Source: Raillietiella orientalis
Lineage: Eukaryota
Length of the DNA: 64,000 nt
Reading direction: 5' to 3'
Assembly: GCA_036172245.1 (NCBI GenBank)
Contig: JAYWIR010000003.1
Coordinates: 5,208,001-5,272,000, forward strand
Position numbers and translations under genes: made by a program. Under the pieces are notes generated by a model that was given only the letters and a program-made list of their open reading frames with translations, was not told the DNA's origin and did not search any database. Position 1 is the first letter of the stretch. Each line of letters opens with the position of its first letter. Positions 14,051 to 26,740 of the stretch are shown piece after piece.

Positions 14051-15499
14051 AACAATGAAGTCTTTAGTATAACGCGAAAGAATTATTCGTTAGAATGGGG
14101 ACAGTGAAGTAAAGGTAGAAGGGAGTTATCGCGTGCAAAACGTCCAGAGATGGAGGAAGAGAACACCTCGCGTCCTTCATGGTTTTATTTTCATTTAAGA
14201 TATCATCATTGCAGTGCCAACTTCATCTTTCGACGGAAGGTTGCTTAGCAGTTGCTGAGCAACCTTCTTTTTCTCAAAATCAGCACTCAGGAACTCTTGC
14301 CCGACCACTAGCCCAATTTCCCTTTGGCAGTCTCTCCATTAGTCCTTAATTTAGCAGTGGAACTGCATCGTCTTCACAAATGAAGCAGCCCACTCTCCTT
14401 TGGCCGCATGCCAAAGTGAAGTCCAAGTCAGCATTCGGTTCACTTTGACAACCTTGTGCCCACTTCTGCTCATTCTCAGCGCCGGATAAGTCGGGCAGGA
14501 GCTCCCGGAAGGGCGTGCCGACCTGCATCCATGGAAGCCGAAACCATTCTCAGTCACCTCCGTGACGATCCAATGGACTGCTCACCAGGCGGCGGCTCAT
14601 TATTTCAGCAGGAGGAGGTGCTGTGACCCATTCCGCGTCTGCTTCATGTGTCAGCTTCCTCGGCGCATCACACGCAAGCGAAAAGAGCCACAGAGGTGGA
14701 AAAGAAACAGGTACAAAGTACACAGAGATACAGCAAGAAAAATAGCCGAAGGAGATTGGTCACGTATGCTTGAAAGACACTCGTCGCATCGTGCGTGCTC
14801 CGTACACAGCCGATCCGTCGAAGCTGCATGAGCAAGGAGATAGGAAGCTCTGGGCTACTTCGAGAGAATTAGGAGCGTGTGCAGACTCGGTTTGGGATGC
14901 GAGAAATGCGAGTCCAGCTCATGACGAAAGGAGGAAAGAGGGTGCCTGGATCTGAGCAATTATGTCATAAGGAGAAGCTTTGGATCAGATTCCCGGGCTC
15001 TGGAGGGTGCGAGGTGCTTCCCGCTCCTCCCACGTCGACTTGGAAAGTGTCCAAGCAACGTGCAGACGAAGAGCTTCGAGGCAAAGAAGCCAAAGGAACG
15101 GCACGCTACTAGCAGCAACCGCCCCCGGATTCCACGCGGGGCATTTTCGCGCAGTGGTGGCCACTGATGAATAACACGACTTTTCCGTCTTCAACTGGCG
15201 AAGGCGACAGTTTGTCACAAGGTCGAGGCATGGTCCAGGCACGCTCGGTAGGAGACGAAGCTTCCGGTGTTCTCGATGAAGCTTCCCTGAATCCGCCTGA
15301 GCAGCGTCCACCATTCACGCAGGAGGAGGAAGCGCTGAGCTAGCGAGCATGATCGCTGGAAAAGCAGTGAGAGATCGGATTCCTCCTACGAGATGGAAAA
15401 AGGGGAAGCGACACCACCACCAGGGTTCCGCCAGCTGACCTTTCAGCCACACCAGAAAAATAACTCTATTTGCTCCTAATAAGGAAGCAGCGTCGACTC

Positions 15500-17250
15500 A
15501 TGCAAATTACCAAGCAGCGGCTCACCAGCGAGGCGCACCGTTCGACATCCATGACTCCCTCCCATCTTCTGGAGCTCGTCCATTCCCAAGCTCCCGCCTG
15601 CCCCATCTTGCTGCTCTTCGCCTACGAACCCGGATCCGCACGTAGAATTCCGTGAGAATGGAATCCTGGAAAGTTCCTTCGAGACGGAATGAGCTCTCCC
15701 GCCACCGCAGCTTAATCTTTCCGAGAGAACGGGTTCTGACAGCTCGAAATTGCATTCCGTTTTCTCGCTTCGCTTTTCGGCAGGGCGAGGGAGACTCGAA
15801 GGCCTCGTAATTGTGGACTCGATCTTTGACTCCCGTCCACCCGCAGAAGTGCTTTGCAACGTCTCCGGAAATGAGGTTCCAGAAAACGAGATCCCCCGCG
15901 CATGTTTGCGGGCGCTTTACGCAGAGAGGTCGAAGACAGGTGTTTGCGGACGTGGATTTCGAGGTCGGCGAGAGCAGCTCAAGTGCGTTCCCAGTCCGTT
16001 GCTTCTCCCCGAGAGCTCAATACGAAAGACATCCTCCTTTCGTGCCAGCACGCCGCATTGCTGTGGAGGAAGTCCACCCGGAAACGCGAGGAAACGACGA
16101 GTTGCGTCATCACTTCGTGTCTCTGTCGCTTCCATTTCCCTGCCATTTCCCTTCCACCCCCTCATTTCATCTCCGCCGCAGCGCCGCGAAAAAGTGGGAA
16201 CGGTTGTCGTCATTTCCGGAGAACGCTCCATCGCTGGCGGGAATGGATGCGCAGCTGCGATCACGAGGAAAAGGGGGAAGACTCACCCCGTTCTGCGCTG
16301 ACAAAGTGGAAGAGTGCTCTTTTACCGCGATTTTGCTGAGTGATCACCACGAGCGACTGACGTGAGAAAGGATGGGACATGGCGTGGTCGTGTGCGACAG
16401 GACTTGAGTCCGAGTGATTCTTTTGGATAGGGGGCACCCCGGGATGGAGGTCCGCCCTATGAATCTAGGAAGGGATCGGAGTCCGTTCCTCTCACGCTTA
16501 GGGCACCTCCCACCCTGGTTGTCTCCGAAGGGGAACCGGAAGGGAATCTCCTTCCTCATTCTCTCCGTAGGGACACCCTCTCCCTCCCTAATAGGGAGGG
16601 GCTGTCCTCTCCATTTCAACTTCAACGAGAACCCGGAAAGGATCCGCTAGTAGGAATTTCTTCTTCGCAGGGAACCCGCAAGGGAACCGCTCCTGTTCAC
16701 TCCTCTGAAGAGAACCCCGAAAGGACGCTTCCGAAACTCAGAAGGGGCGCTGCAGCTTCCCGCAGGGGGATCGCTCTCGCTTGCTTCCTTGCACTCTTCT
16801 GGAGAGGCGGCGACTCGGAGGGTCCTCCCGCTACAGAGGGGAGTCCTCTCCTTCAAACAACTGGAGAGGAGCCTGTGGAGACTCCTGAAACTCCTTAAAT
16901 ATCGAAACCGGAGGGGTCCCCCCAGTGAGGGGGTCCGCTCTCCGTTGCACGACCGGAGGGGGAATTCCCACTCATCGATTCCTGGAAGGACCCGGAGGTC
17001 TCCCATTGTTCGGCCTTCATAGGGAACCTTTGGACTAATTCACCGCCGGTGCCACGCCCGAATGATTAGCCCAACCAGAGCCATCTTGCAGGAGGAACTC
17101 GGAACCCAACGACGCAGTGGCGTCAATTTCTGCCGGAGTATTCGAACCCGCGACGCATGGTGCCACGCGCGGAAGCCTTAACCACAAAGCCTCCGACGCG
17201 GGCCATCTGTGTGAGACAGGGATGTCTTTCCGTTGCTCCGTGACCATGTA
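15500..17250 (-). mobile_element. Decayed copy of the GC-rich gag-like repeat family
   Basis: 16425-16490 (gatagggggcacccc...ggtccgccctatgaatctaggaagg) aligns by eye with 49412-49475 (gataggggggttcccc...ggtccgccctatgaatccaggaagg). Confidence 0.4.
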
Positions 17251-18298
17251 GGTGGTGGCTTATTTGCTTTGTTTCCCTCCAGCAGGCTGCGACCGATGAG
17301 AGCGCGGTTTTCGAGGAAGCTGGAATACAAGCGAGGAGCTTGAATTTTTCCTGTCATCCGAAGGGACTCGCTCACTGGGAAGACAGTCCCGAGAGAGCGG
17401 ATCAATGGATATGAGCACTCCTCTTTTGACCACCACCCATGCAGACAAACGTCGAAATCCTGTCGCCTGTTTCGCGTCAAGCTGCTTGACAGAGACAAGG
17501 AATTTCTCTTCACGAGGCTTCTCATTCTCTGAACCGGAAATGTCGCCGCTTCACTGCAAGAACAACAACCTTGAGGTTCCCTGGTTCATATTTCCTGATG
17601 AAAAAGTAAGCAAGAGGATTAGAGGATGCTGCAATGCAACTGATCGGTACAATCAATCAATGAATCCGGTGCATCCTGGAGGAGCCATCAGGAGCGCAAC
17701 AATCTGCACACCGACCTTTCCCTTCCCTGATTTTTTTTTTTTCAAACAAATCAGGGAAGCGAAAGGCCTCTGATGTTTGGAAGAAATGAAAACGGGCACA
17801 CCATCGTCCGGAAGGTCTTCAAGAGATTGACTACTGCGCCATCTGAAATGAAACCATTGGATGGCGTTTGTTTGTTCGCGAATTCACTGAATATCTGAAT
17901 CTCTCGGAAGCAGGTTGTGAAGTTATATTGAGGATTCCTTCCAAGATACCAAAAAAAGGACAAAGAAAAATCTCATTCACATTGGGAAGATGCGCGTGAA
18001 TCGCCAGCCATTAGGAATGACCACTTCGATGGTTCAGGAAACTGACGAATGGATGAGGGTGATCTGAGAAATTATTTCCTTTTCCTGCCTGAAATCAAAT
18101 GCAGAATGCGAGATCTCTTTCCCCTGAGCCACGCAGGTGGAGTGGACAATTTGTCCTCAGCTCATCTTCAACGCTCCCCGCCAGAATAACAGAAGAGTTA
18201 AGACAAAAGTTGAAAGAGGATTCTTCCACAAAGAGCCACAGAGCGAAGCTGCTGTCAACAGGTACGTCACGTGAGCTATCCATAGCTCTTGTGGAAAA

Positions 18299-18498
18299 GC
18301 TAGTGGAAAAGCTAAAGAAAAAAGCAGAGTGACCACGCTGGCCTCGTGGCCGAACTCTGTCCTTTGAACCGACTGCATTTTGTATAGATAGAGCTAGTCA
18401 TTGTCAGAAATGTGTTCGCCACCAGTCAGGCAAAGGACAGAGTTCGGCCACGAGGCCAGCGTGGTCACTCTGCTTTTTTCTTTAGCTTTTCCACTAGC
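18299..18498. repeat. Perfect 68-bp inverted repeat with 64-nt spacer
   Basis: 18299-18366 is the exact reverse complement of 18431-18498, checked base by base. Confidence 0.97.
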
Positions 18499-21400
18499 CC
18501 TTGGTGTAGCAGGGCGCCGTTTTACCACGCGTGCTGCAACTGCACACCATCAGGTGTTGAGCATAAAAGGGAATCTTTGTTCCATCTGGAAGCGTTCCTG
18601 ATGCTGTAACTTCGAAATTATGTCGAGAAGGCCAGCAGATCACACGTGAGATCAGAATCATGGAACAAACCCAGTAATCTATTCGTTGCAACAGACGATT
18701 GGTGTTCTGTTGCGTGTTGGTTGCGTAAGCCGGACTGCAGAATGGCATTCCTCACGAAAGGAAGTCTGCTGAAGCATCAGATTTGACACGATCGTTTGGA
18801 ATTTCGCTCTGCAACACTGGAATCGGATGAAGCAAGAAGCGAACCTCTTCCCGCGGAAATGACCAAGAACATAAGAGCACCGGAAGTGGAGAGGACAATG
18901 TCTTTTGAGGAAAGTCGCCCTATGAAAGGAAAACGTGAGAGTTTCCCTCAGATGCCCCCTCTGGAACAACCAGTAGACGGATTCTTCAGGAATCTTGCTA
19001 AGATCCCAGGAGAAAAGGCAGAATTTTTAACTTTGCTCATGATGCACTGTTGGGGGCTTCATTACGAGAAGAAGATTCCATTTGGGACAACGCTCTCCTT
19101 CTTATTGCTGTGCGGGAATAAGAGAACTCGTTGTCGAAATCCCCTGAGAAAGGAGATGCAGATCTAGAATTCCAAAAGGTAGTTGCCGAAATCCTGGGAG
19201 AAGAGCGTGGGGATCAGAAAGAATTTATGTACTGTGACTTTGTTGCTTTCGAACGGACTCATTAGCAAACACAGGTGGCTCATATTACGCAACAGGTTTG
19301 ATGTATTCTCAAGAAATACCTGGCGATGAAAGATCCAAAAAGATGAGGGAAGGAGAAAGGAAACCTCTGAACTAGAGAGAGTCTACAAAAAAAAAAGGGG
19401 GAAATTTCAAGAAATGGCAGAGAAGGAGAAAGTGGATTGGGGTGACTTTGAGAAGGCACATCGAGAACTTTTAGAGAAAACGAGAAATGTTTGGAAGATC
19501 AAACCTCCTGGGACTCACCCTAGAATCCCAATTATTGACCTGAAAGATAAATCGGAAATTCGAAGGCTAAATACACCGAACAGAAGGAGAGTCATAGAGT
19601 CATAGGTCAGCAAAAAAGTAGATGTCGCATCGAACGAAACCTGGCCGAGGAACATTTCCAGAAACAACTGGAAGCAGTGGAAAACACTGACCAAACGATT
19701 AGGAGGAAAGATACTTCTGGCAAGGAAGGGCGATACGACTTTCCTTGAAATGGCTCCTTTCTCTCAGGATGAAGCTGCCATGTTACTTCAAACGCAGAGA
19801 ATTCATCTCCAGGGATGGATGAGATCATTTCCTCCGTCTGGAGAATAGCAGATCCCAGTGCAGTGTTGGTAATACCTTCTCCACATTTAACACGCTTGCA
19901 AGCCAAGGAGAATTGCGCTGATTGAAAGTGTACAAAAACGAGCTTACTTCCGAAGACTTCAGTGCCTCCATGGAAATATCTGAGTCAGTGTTAATGGGAA
20001 ACAGCATTTCGTGTACAGCATGTACACGGAACATGTTCATTTGCAAGGAGAACAGTCGATCTGTTTGTTTAATCGGCAGAGGGGAGTAAAGCAGGGTTGT
20101 CCCCCTGAGCTCACTACTCTTAGCAACAGCCAAGGAGCTGTTCTGCGTGTGATGAAGGAGCTACGGAGAAGACGCTAGCGAATGCCGATGACTTGATCAT
20201 ACTTGCGGAATCGGAAGAGGATCTTAGAAAACGGCCTCATCATTTGGAGGAACTTGCGGAAGTTCTGGCCTCTCCATCAACCCTAAGAAATGTGCCTCCT
20301 TGATGTATTCTGAAAAGAACCCGGAGGGATTGTGGTCACTAAAGGTCAAAGTAAACAACGAATCGGTCCCAAATATCGCAACGGCAAAGGCCTACAACTA
20401 TCTCGGAATGACATTTGGATTGGAAGTGTTCAATGCCCATGCGACTAAAGAAGACGTGCTAGCCAAGGCGGGGCCAAGGACAAATATCGGTGCAGTGAGA
20501 ACACTTCACTTTCCAAGTCTTGTTCACTATGAGAGACTTGGAACGCATCTGAATGAAGCATGAAAATTTCTGGATAAGGAAATTGAAAGAATGGCAAAAG
20601 AATGTTTTTCACCTTCCATCCAGGGCGGCTAATGAACGTCTCTATGTACCGAGCATGAGAGGCTGGCTGTCTTGGACTCGTGTTACTGTCGGATGGAGCA
20701 GACACCTTCATCATGGACAGTAGTTTCAAACTGACGACCTCACCTGATAGTGGCTTGAAACGACTTGCCCAAGGGACTCTAAGGAAGGTCACGTTAACGA
20801 AGATTCTCGTGCCTTCCACAGATGAAGATTTAGGGAAGCTTACGAGCGGCGAGTCATCAGGGAAATTCTCGAGGGTCGATGAGGGTATCCGAAGTTTGTG
20901 GCTAGTGGGAAGGCAATTTTCATTAAGAACAAGAGAAAAATCTGAGCGTTCCTGGATGGAGAATCCAAGATGGCGATTTGATCATCGAACCGGGACTGCG
21001 GAGGAAGTTTTCATCGACTCTGAGGAATCTCCAACAAGAAAGTGTATTTCCCTCCCCTTGGTTTTTTTTGTTTGTTTGATTCTTTGGTTTATTCTTTGTG
21101 GTTTTTCCTTCCCCATCGCCTTCAGAGAGGACCTCAGCGGCCTGAGGGCCTGCAACGGCAAGTGTATCAAGACAGGCAGAACCACGTGTTCTGCCTGCTC
21201 ATAATTTAAGACTTTATTACGGAATTTTTATTATAAAAATTTTAATAATAAATGTCCCGGCATATCCGGGTGATAAATAAGAAAGTGCGCGGCAGTCTCT
21301 TACAGGAGCTCATCCCGATCAAGGGAAAGCCATGCGCCGCGTCGGACTCGATTGAGTTTCGAACTACTTCCTGATGGGGGGGGGGGTCGTTGACTTTTTG

Positions 21401-22200
21401 CAGATTATAGACTCATCCTTGTAGCAAAATTGAATTTTGGCATCCCATCAGAGGAATTGCTAGAAAGAAGGAAGCTGATCGTTCGTGCCTTTGCTGTAGG
21501 ATGTGGGATGAGACTTTGCCTCAGGTAACAAACCATCGTACCAGGCACTCCCGTCTCTACACGGCGAGGCGTGATGCGATCGTGAGAAGGATGCGAGTCC
21601 TGGAACGGATTCCACTCTGTGTCTCGATGCAGTGCTGCAGAAGGGAAATAAAGTTATGCTGATGGATGCTTGCTGCCATTTCGAAAGTAGCGAGGAAGCA
21701 TTCTTCTCCGGAAAAAAAAGAAGATAAATGCAGAAATCTTGACCGATGGGGTCAGCTTGCGGAGATTCATGCATTCATTCCTGGCCCTTTGGGATCACGG
21801 GACAAGCGTAACGATGCAGTTTTGCGAGCAATCCGAGTTCCACGAGTATCTGTAGACAAGATGCGCTTGTTGATGGCTTCATTCTGTACCGCTATACTCG
21901 AGGCATTCCTTGGACGCATATACTCAGACATCTTCCGGATGAACGCCAGCGGCGAAGCCATTCCTCAACAACATCAATAGCACGATGACCACAGAGACAT
22001 AGCAGAGCAGTTAGGACATCTCCCAAACAGCCATGGGAGCAGAAACCAGATAGCAAGACTTTGCAGATGGTGGAGAGCCCTTCATGTCGTCATTGGTGCG
22101 TTACATTGGTGGTAACCGTGATTTAACCCATTCATGTTCCAATATGATTGTTTGTTTAGTTTAAGAAAAGCACTTATTTCGAGATTAAAAGATTAATGAA
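18400..22200 (+). mobile_element. Near full-length decayed RLE-clade (R2/NeSL-like) non-LTR retrotransposon
   Basis: Motifs in order: N-terminal RTEFGHEASVVTLLF; RT GVKQGCP (~20083), ANADDLIILA (YADD, ~20178), NPKKC, YNYLG; PDQGKAM (~21315); RLE segment AFIPGPLGSRDKRND (~21770). Confidence 0.8.
21045..21278 (-). mobile_element. 234-bp insertion with 9-bp target-site duplication inside the retrotransposon ORF
   Basis: AAGAAAGTG at 21036-21044 and 21279-21287. Removing the insert and one copy restores TLRNLQQESARQSLTGAHPDQGKAM in frame. Has a minus-strand A-rich tail and two stem-loops. Confidence 0.8.
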
Positions 22201-22449
22201 ATCCATCCTCTTTCCTCTTTGGGAACCTTCACCACCACCAAGAGCCCTACACCAAAGGTTCCCATGACAAAGATACGAATTCTACCTTCGAAGTAGCTTT
22301 TGGGTCCCTCTTCGTCTCCTCAGAAGTCCCGTTCGTGTCTGCAAACCAACGAGTTCCGTTTCTTTTTCTCTCTCTCTCTCTCCTGACTCGCGTGAGTTTG
22401 CACGCAGCGTTTTCGAAAAGAGTCCTGTAGCCCGGGCAGTGCAGGAAAC

Positions 22450-23700
22450 TCCTTGCATTCCACGAGAAGAGCAGAGGAGAATCACAGCGTCCTCCATCTT
22501 CTTGCCTATGCAGGATGAGTTGGCGATCTAAGAGGATGCTGCAAGCAAGAGCGGCGTTTCAGAAACGTCGTTCTCTGGATTCCGTAATTCCCTGTACCGG
22601 AATCCTTTCGTTCCCATTGGAACCTGCGTTTCCTAGAGCTCAGGAAGGCTTGCCGGAAAAGATAATAACCACTTTCCGTAACTTGGAAACTTGAAACCGG
22701 AACCACCATGCCAGGGACATCTGCTCTTGCAGGCTGCGTTGGAACGACCGAGAACGACTGCACTTGGCGTTTGGGGAAACCGGTTATCCTTCCTCCCCCA
22801 CCATAGCTCTTTCTCTGACGTTACCTTAAGACACATGTGGAAAAATGTCGGGTGCTCCCAAATCCTCTCAGGATACCACAGCATTCTAGGAAACAACTTC
22901 GTGCTGTGCCTCATAGACTTTGCGAGGAAAACCTTCGATTCTGTTGACCAAACCCTACTTTTCAAGATTTTGGGGAAATGAGCCTCCAAGGGAAATTCCT
23001 GGAATTTGCGGCGGTCTTCCCGGAAGAAAGGCAAGGCCTCCGTCCGGAAGTGGAAATGATCAACTACCCAGGTTACTCCGACGATCTGCTCTTCATCATG
23101 GCTGATGAGAAAGATCGGAAGGCGTTTCATCCATCTCAGAATCCATGAAATACGCGCTCGAACTTGAGATCAAAGCAGCTGCACGCCATTAGACTCTCTC
23201 ATGTTCAGGATAGTGGCCATCAAATGTAAGGGTGTCCAAGTTGGCGATGAACAGGCGTCGGTAGCGGAAGGACGGTGCAGGAGATCCGATAGGAAGTGAC
23301 TCAGTACAGCGGAACAAACTTTCCATTGAAAGAGAAAGCCATACAGGGGAACGGTGTGCCTGCACCCATGTTCTGTTAGCTAGGTCTTCTATAACATTCC
23401 GGAGAAAGAGGCCAAGCATCTAATGGACTCCCCAAAATCGTCAGTATAGAGAAGTAGCAATCCTCGGCTGAAGGTAACGTTCCTGTGCAGGAGCGGAATT
23501 TACTTTGAGTCGAAAAATGCCGGTTGCATACTCTGCGGAGCTCCAGGAGCTGCGGTTCTCCAATGCCTAGGAAAAGTGGAATGAATGGTATTTCACTAAG
23601 CCAAGGAAAAATGGCTCAACGTAATCGACATTGTGATGTCAGTCCCGTCAGGGATACCAGGACGGTGGCGGAAAGTCAATAGACTTGACTTCGGCGAGGA
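22450..23700 (+). mobile_element. Decayed non-LTR retrotransposon RT fragment
   Basis: LCLIDFARKTFDSVDQTLL at ~22903-22960 matches the DFxKAFDSV RT motif. The rest is frameshifted. Confidence 0.45.
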
Positions 23701-23769
23701 ATGGAAACCTTGTCAGAAGAACCAACGCGAAAGCTGTCCGGAAGAGTAGGGTCCATGAAGGGTTTTGAA

Positions 23770-24420
23770 GTTGGTTTCAGCTGTAAATGATGATCAGTAA
23801 TGAGGTAGACTATAAGTTGGGTTATATCTTTATGTTCGCACAAATGCTGTGGATGTTTACTGTAGTGACTGGAAGTTGATGAGAGAGGTGAGGGTGTTGA
23901 TATTAGTTGTGGGTTCTTTGAGAAGTAGGATGTATGGAATATTGATGAATGGATGAGTGAGCTATAGGAAGTATAAGTATGGTTGGTGTAGAGCGTTGTA
24001 TAGCTCCGATTATTTCTTATGATGCATGTGTAGTTGCTTTCTTAATAAGGGTGTTGGTTTATCTGGAAGGATATGGGTTGATCTTAAGAGTGAGAATGGA
24101 GATATTGTTGTCGTTTGTTGTAAGTTAAGAAAACTGTTATCTGAGTTATTGTGTGCGTTGGTTCTATGATTTTTCAGAAGGGGAATCAGATTCGGTTATT
24201 AGATATAATGTGGAAAGTGGGTGAAGGGTGTTTGCTCTGTGCTTGTGTGGAGTATGTGATTATTTATTATGCAGTAATTACTCAATGGTTGCTCATGGAA
24301 AACGAGATAAGGAGTTAGAGGAGTTTGATTGGTTCGATTGTTTGTATGTGATGGCTATGTTTTGGGTATTGGCCTATTTCTGGATTGATAAGATGTGGAA
24401 GCAGGAGCAATTCTAAGTGG
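23770..24420 (+). pseudogene. nad1: NUMT: nad1 remnant
   Basis: In the invertebrate mitochondrial code: GW..SKY/SMVG..R..APIISYD (~23951-24023; cf. [24 protein letters not shown]) and YDFSEGESDSVISYNVE (24165-24215; cf. FDFAEGESELVSGFNVE). Strong G+T skew. Confidence 0.85.
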
Positions 24421-24429
24421 CTACTCATC

Positions 24430-24900
24430 CTATTGATGAATAAAACCGATTTATTGTATGATCATTGAAGCTAGCGTGATGAGAGTGGGAATAATAGGAA
24501 AAACATTAGGCATAAGATTGATCCAGTTGGCAGGAGAACAGAGGCAATGGTTTGTGTTCCTAGACCACCTAGAGGATGGAGAAGGATAGTATTGATAAAG
24601 AGAGAATTTTTTTCAATGAGTAGTAAGCTGATGATGGAAAGGGAGAGGGGTAATTTACAAAAGGGGAGAAAGGCTAAGATCCGAAAATCGGATCAGAGGG
24701 CAATGCTCCTAGTTTGTTGAGCTAAATAGTATAAACAAAGAGGAAATATTCAGGTTGGTGAAAGAATCTGTTTGGAGGAAATCAAAGTATATGTCAATTA
24801 CAACTGTTAATCAGATGAAATGGTGGCTACAAATTTGAGCGTGATGCTGGAATCAAAAAGGTTTCCTCAAAGCAATGAGATAATGTGCTGGCTGATCAGA
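24430..24900 (-). pseudogene. nad2: NUMT: nad2 remnant
   Basis: Minus strand, in order: YFL (24740-24750; cf. KYFL), KLGALP (24698-24715; cf. KLGAAPFH), LGGL (24561-24572; cf. SLGGLPP). Confidence 0.65.
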
Positions 24901-24949
24901 GAAATCGCAGAGAATAGGTTATTAATAACTGTAGCAGCTCAGAAAGTTA

Positions 24950-25560
24950 TTTGTCATCAGGAAAATTGACAATTCCTAGGAATGATATTGTCAAGACGAT
25001 ATGGAGATGTCCTGATGTGCAAGTTAGAATGGTTTTGTTGGAGTAATATGTTAGTGCTCAGAAGATCTGAAGATAAATTGAGAGGAAAAGCAGTTGGGGT
25101 GCATGCAACACAGAAGTCAGCTGTTACTAGTGCTGTGTGTGAGACTAATGTTGAATATGAAGGATTTGGGGGTATGAGGAATACAGTGCACGTAAATAAT
25201 GATTTCTGTATTAGGAGAATCTCTACAAATTATCCAGGATTTAGAAGTAAGAGATACGATAAGAACATTGATTATCTATAGACCTAGAGTCTTAGGGATG
25301 ATGTCACATTTATGTAATAGATTGTTTCCATTTAGCATGAGTTCATTGGGGAGATTATTATGTACTTGAGAAGGATGAGAGGATGATACGTATTGTAGTT
25401 TATTTGGGTGCATTTACATTGTTGGAAAACAGATATAGAGTACATGGTGAGTCTGATGACTCCTGAGATTATAGTTGTTGGGAAACTAATAATCAAAGGT
25501 TATATATTACTGTTTGGGATGTAGTGGTGAGACTAATGAGCATAATAATAGTCATGGATT
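24950..25560 (+). pseudogene. NUMT: eroded mitochondrial rRNA sequence (rrnS, probably running into rrnL)
   Basis: aaggatttgggggt..gaggaa (25160-25181) and ggatttagaagtaa (25237-25250) resemble conserved 12S blocks in the right order. The 16S resemblance further 3' is weak. Confidence 0.45.
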
Positions 25561-25629
25561 TCTATCAGAATAGTTTAATGAGAAAGCTGATTGTAGTATT
25601 CCACATGATTTATGTCTTTGGCTTTTGTA

Positions 25630-26740
25630 ATGGTCTTGGTTGCAGTAATGACTGCAAATGAGAAGGTTGGTGGGAATGTGCTGAGGTAGGTTCTTGATGA
25701 TAGACTGGATAATTGTCAAGATATGAGGGTTAGAGTGAGATGTAGTGTTTATATTGGATCATGAATATGTATTATTTATGGAATACGTTTTGGTATATCT
25801 TTGTTAGCATTGTTTTCTAGTTGAAAGGGAATTAGATAAATATGAGGAATTGTATTACTTAGGTGTTTGGGTTTGTGCTGAGAATGATAGTGGTAATTAC
25901 TGGTGGGAGGATAGTAAGTCTTATTTAGAGATGGGATAGATTGGGAATTATTTTCTCTTGTTTGGTTATTTTTTAAGTACGTTGTGGTTCTGGTTACAAT
26001 GGAGAAATTACCTTTTAGGTAATTATGTTAATGATAGAAATTTGTTAATAGGTGTTGATTGAATGGTTGTAAGAGGTTCTTTGAATTATACATTTGTGAG
26101 TGCAGATTGATATTTTGGAGTGGTTGTCTTGATGGAGGTGACTAAGCTGTCATTTAGTGCGTGGTTTCTGGAAGCTGTGGTGCCATGTGCACTTATGTTG
26201 GCTTTGGTTAATCCATCTACTCTGGCTATTGCAAGAGTTCATGGATTTATTTGGTGATTCAGTTTATTGAGAGGTGTAAATGAGGTAGGAAGGCAGGAAT
26301 GATAAGTTCTATTTTGGTGTATGCTGGTATTGTGATGATGGCATATTCATTATTTGTAGGTAGGCAGAAGTTGATATGGAAAAGTTCATTGCATATTCTA
26401 TATTGATGTGGTCAAGGCAATTCTCCATTCTGCATTCTACTTGACTAGGGATGGGAATAAAGGTATGAGTGTAATATTATTTATTGCTTTATCATGCATT
26501 TCTATCATTACTGTTTTTATGAATAGGGTTGGTGATTCACAGATGTGATAAGAGGCAGGAATTGTATCATATGGGAAGAATAGGGTGGTAACACATGTGT
26601 TAGGGAAATTTATACGGTTAAAGAATAAATTTATAACCCTGAAAGACTGAGAGGATTTCCTTTTCTAAATAGATATTATAGGAGAGATTATGGATGGAAT
26701 AGGTGTGATATTCGACGTGGGCTGACATTATTCAAATAAT
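25630..26740 (+). pseudogene. nad5: NUMT: nad5 remnant
   Basis: WDSLGIIFSCLVIF (~25932; cf. LGWDGLGLVSYCLVI), TKLSFSAWFLEAVVP..LALVNPSTLAIA (26141-26233; cf. [35 protein letters not shown]), DMEKFIAYS (26373; cf. DLKKIIALS). Confidence 0.88.
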
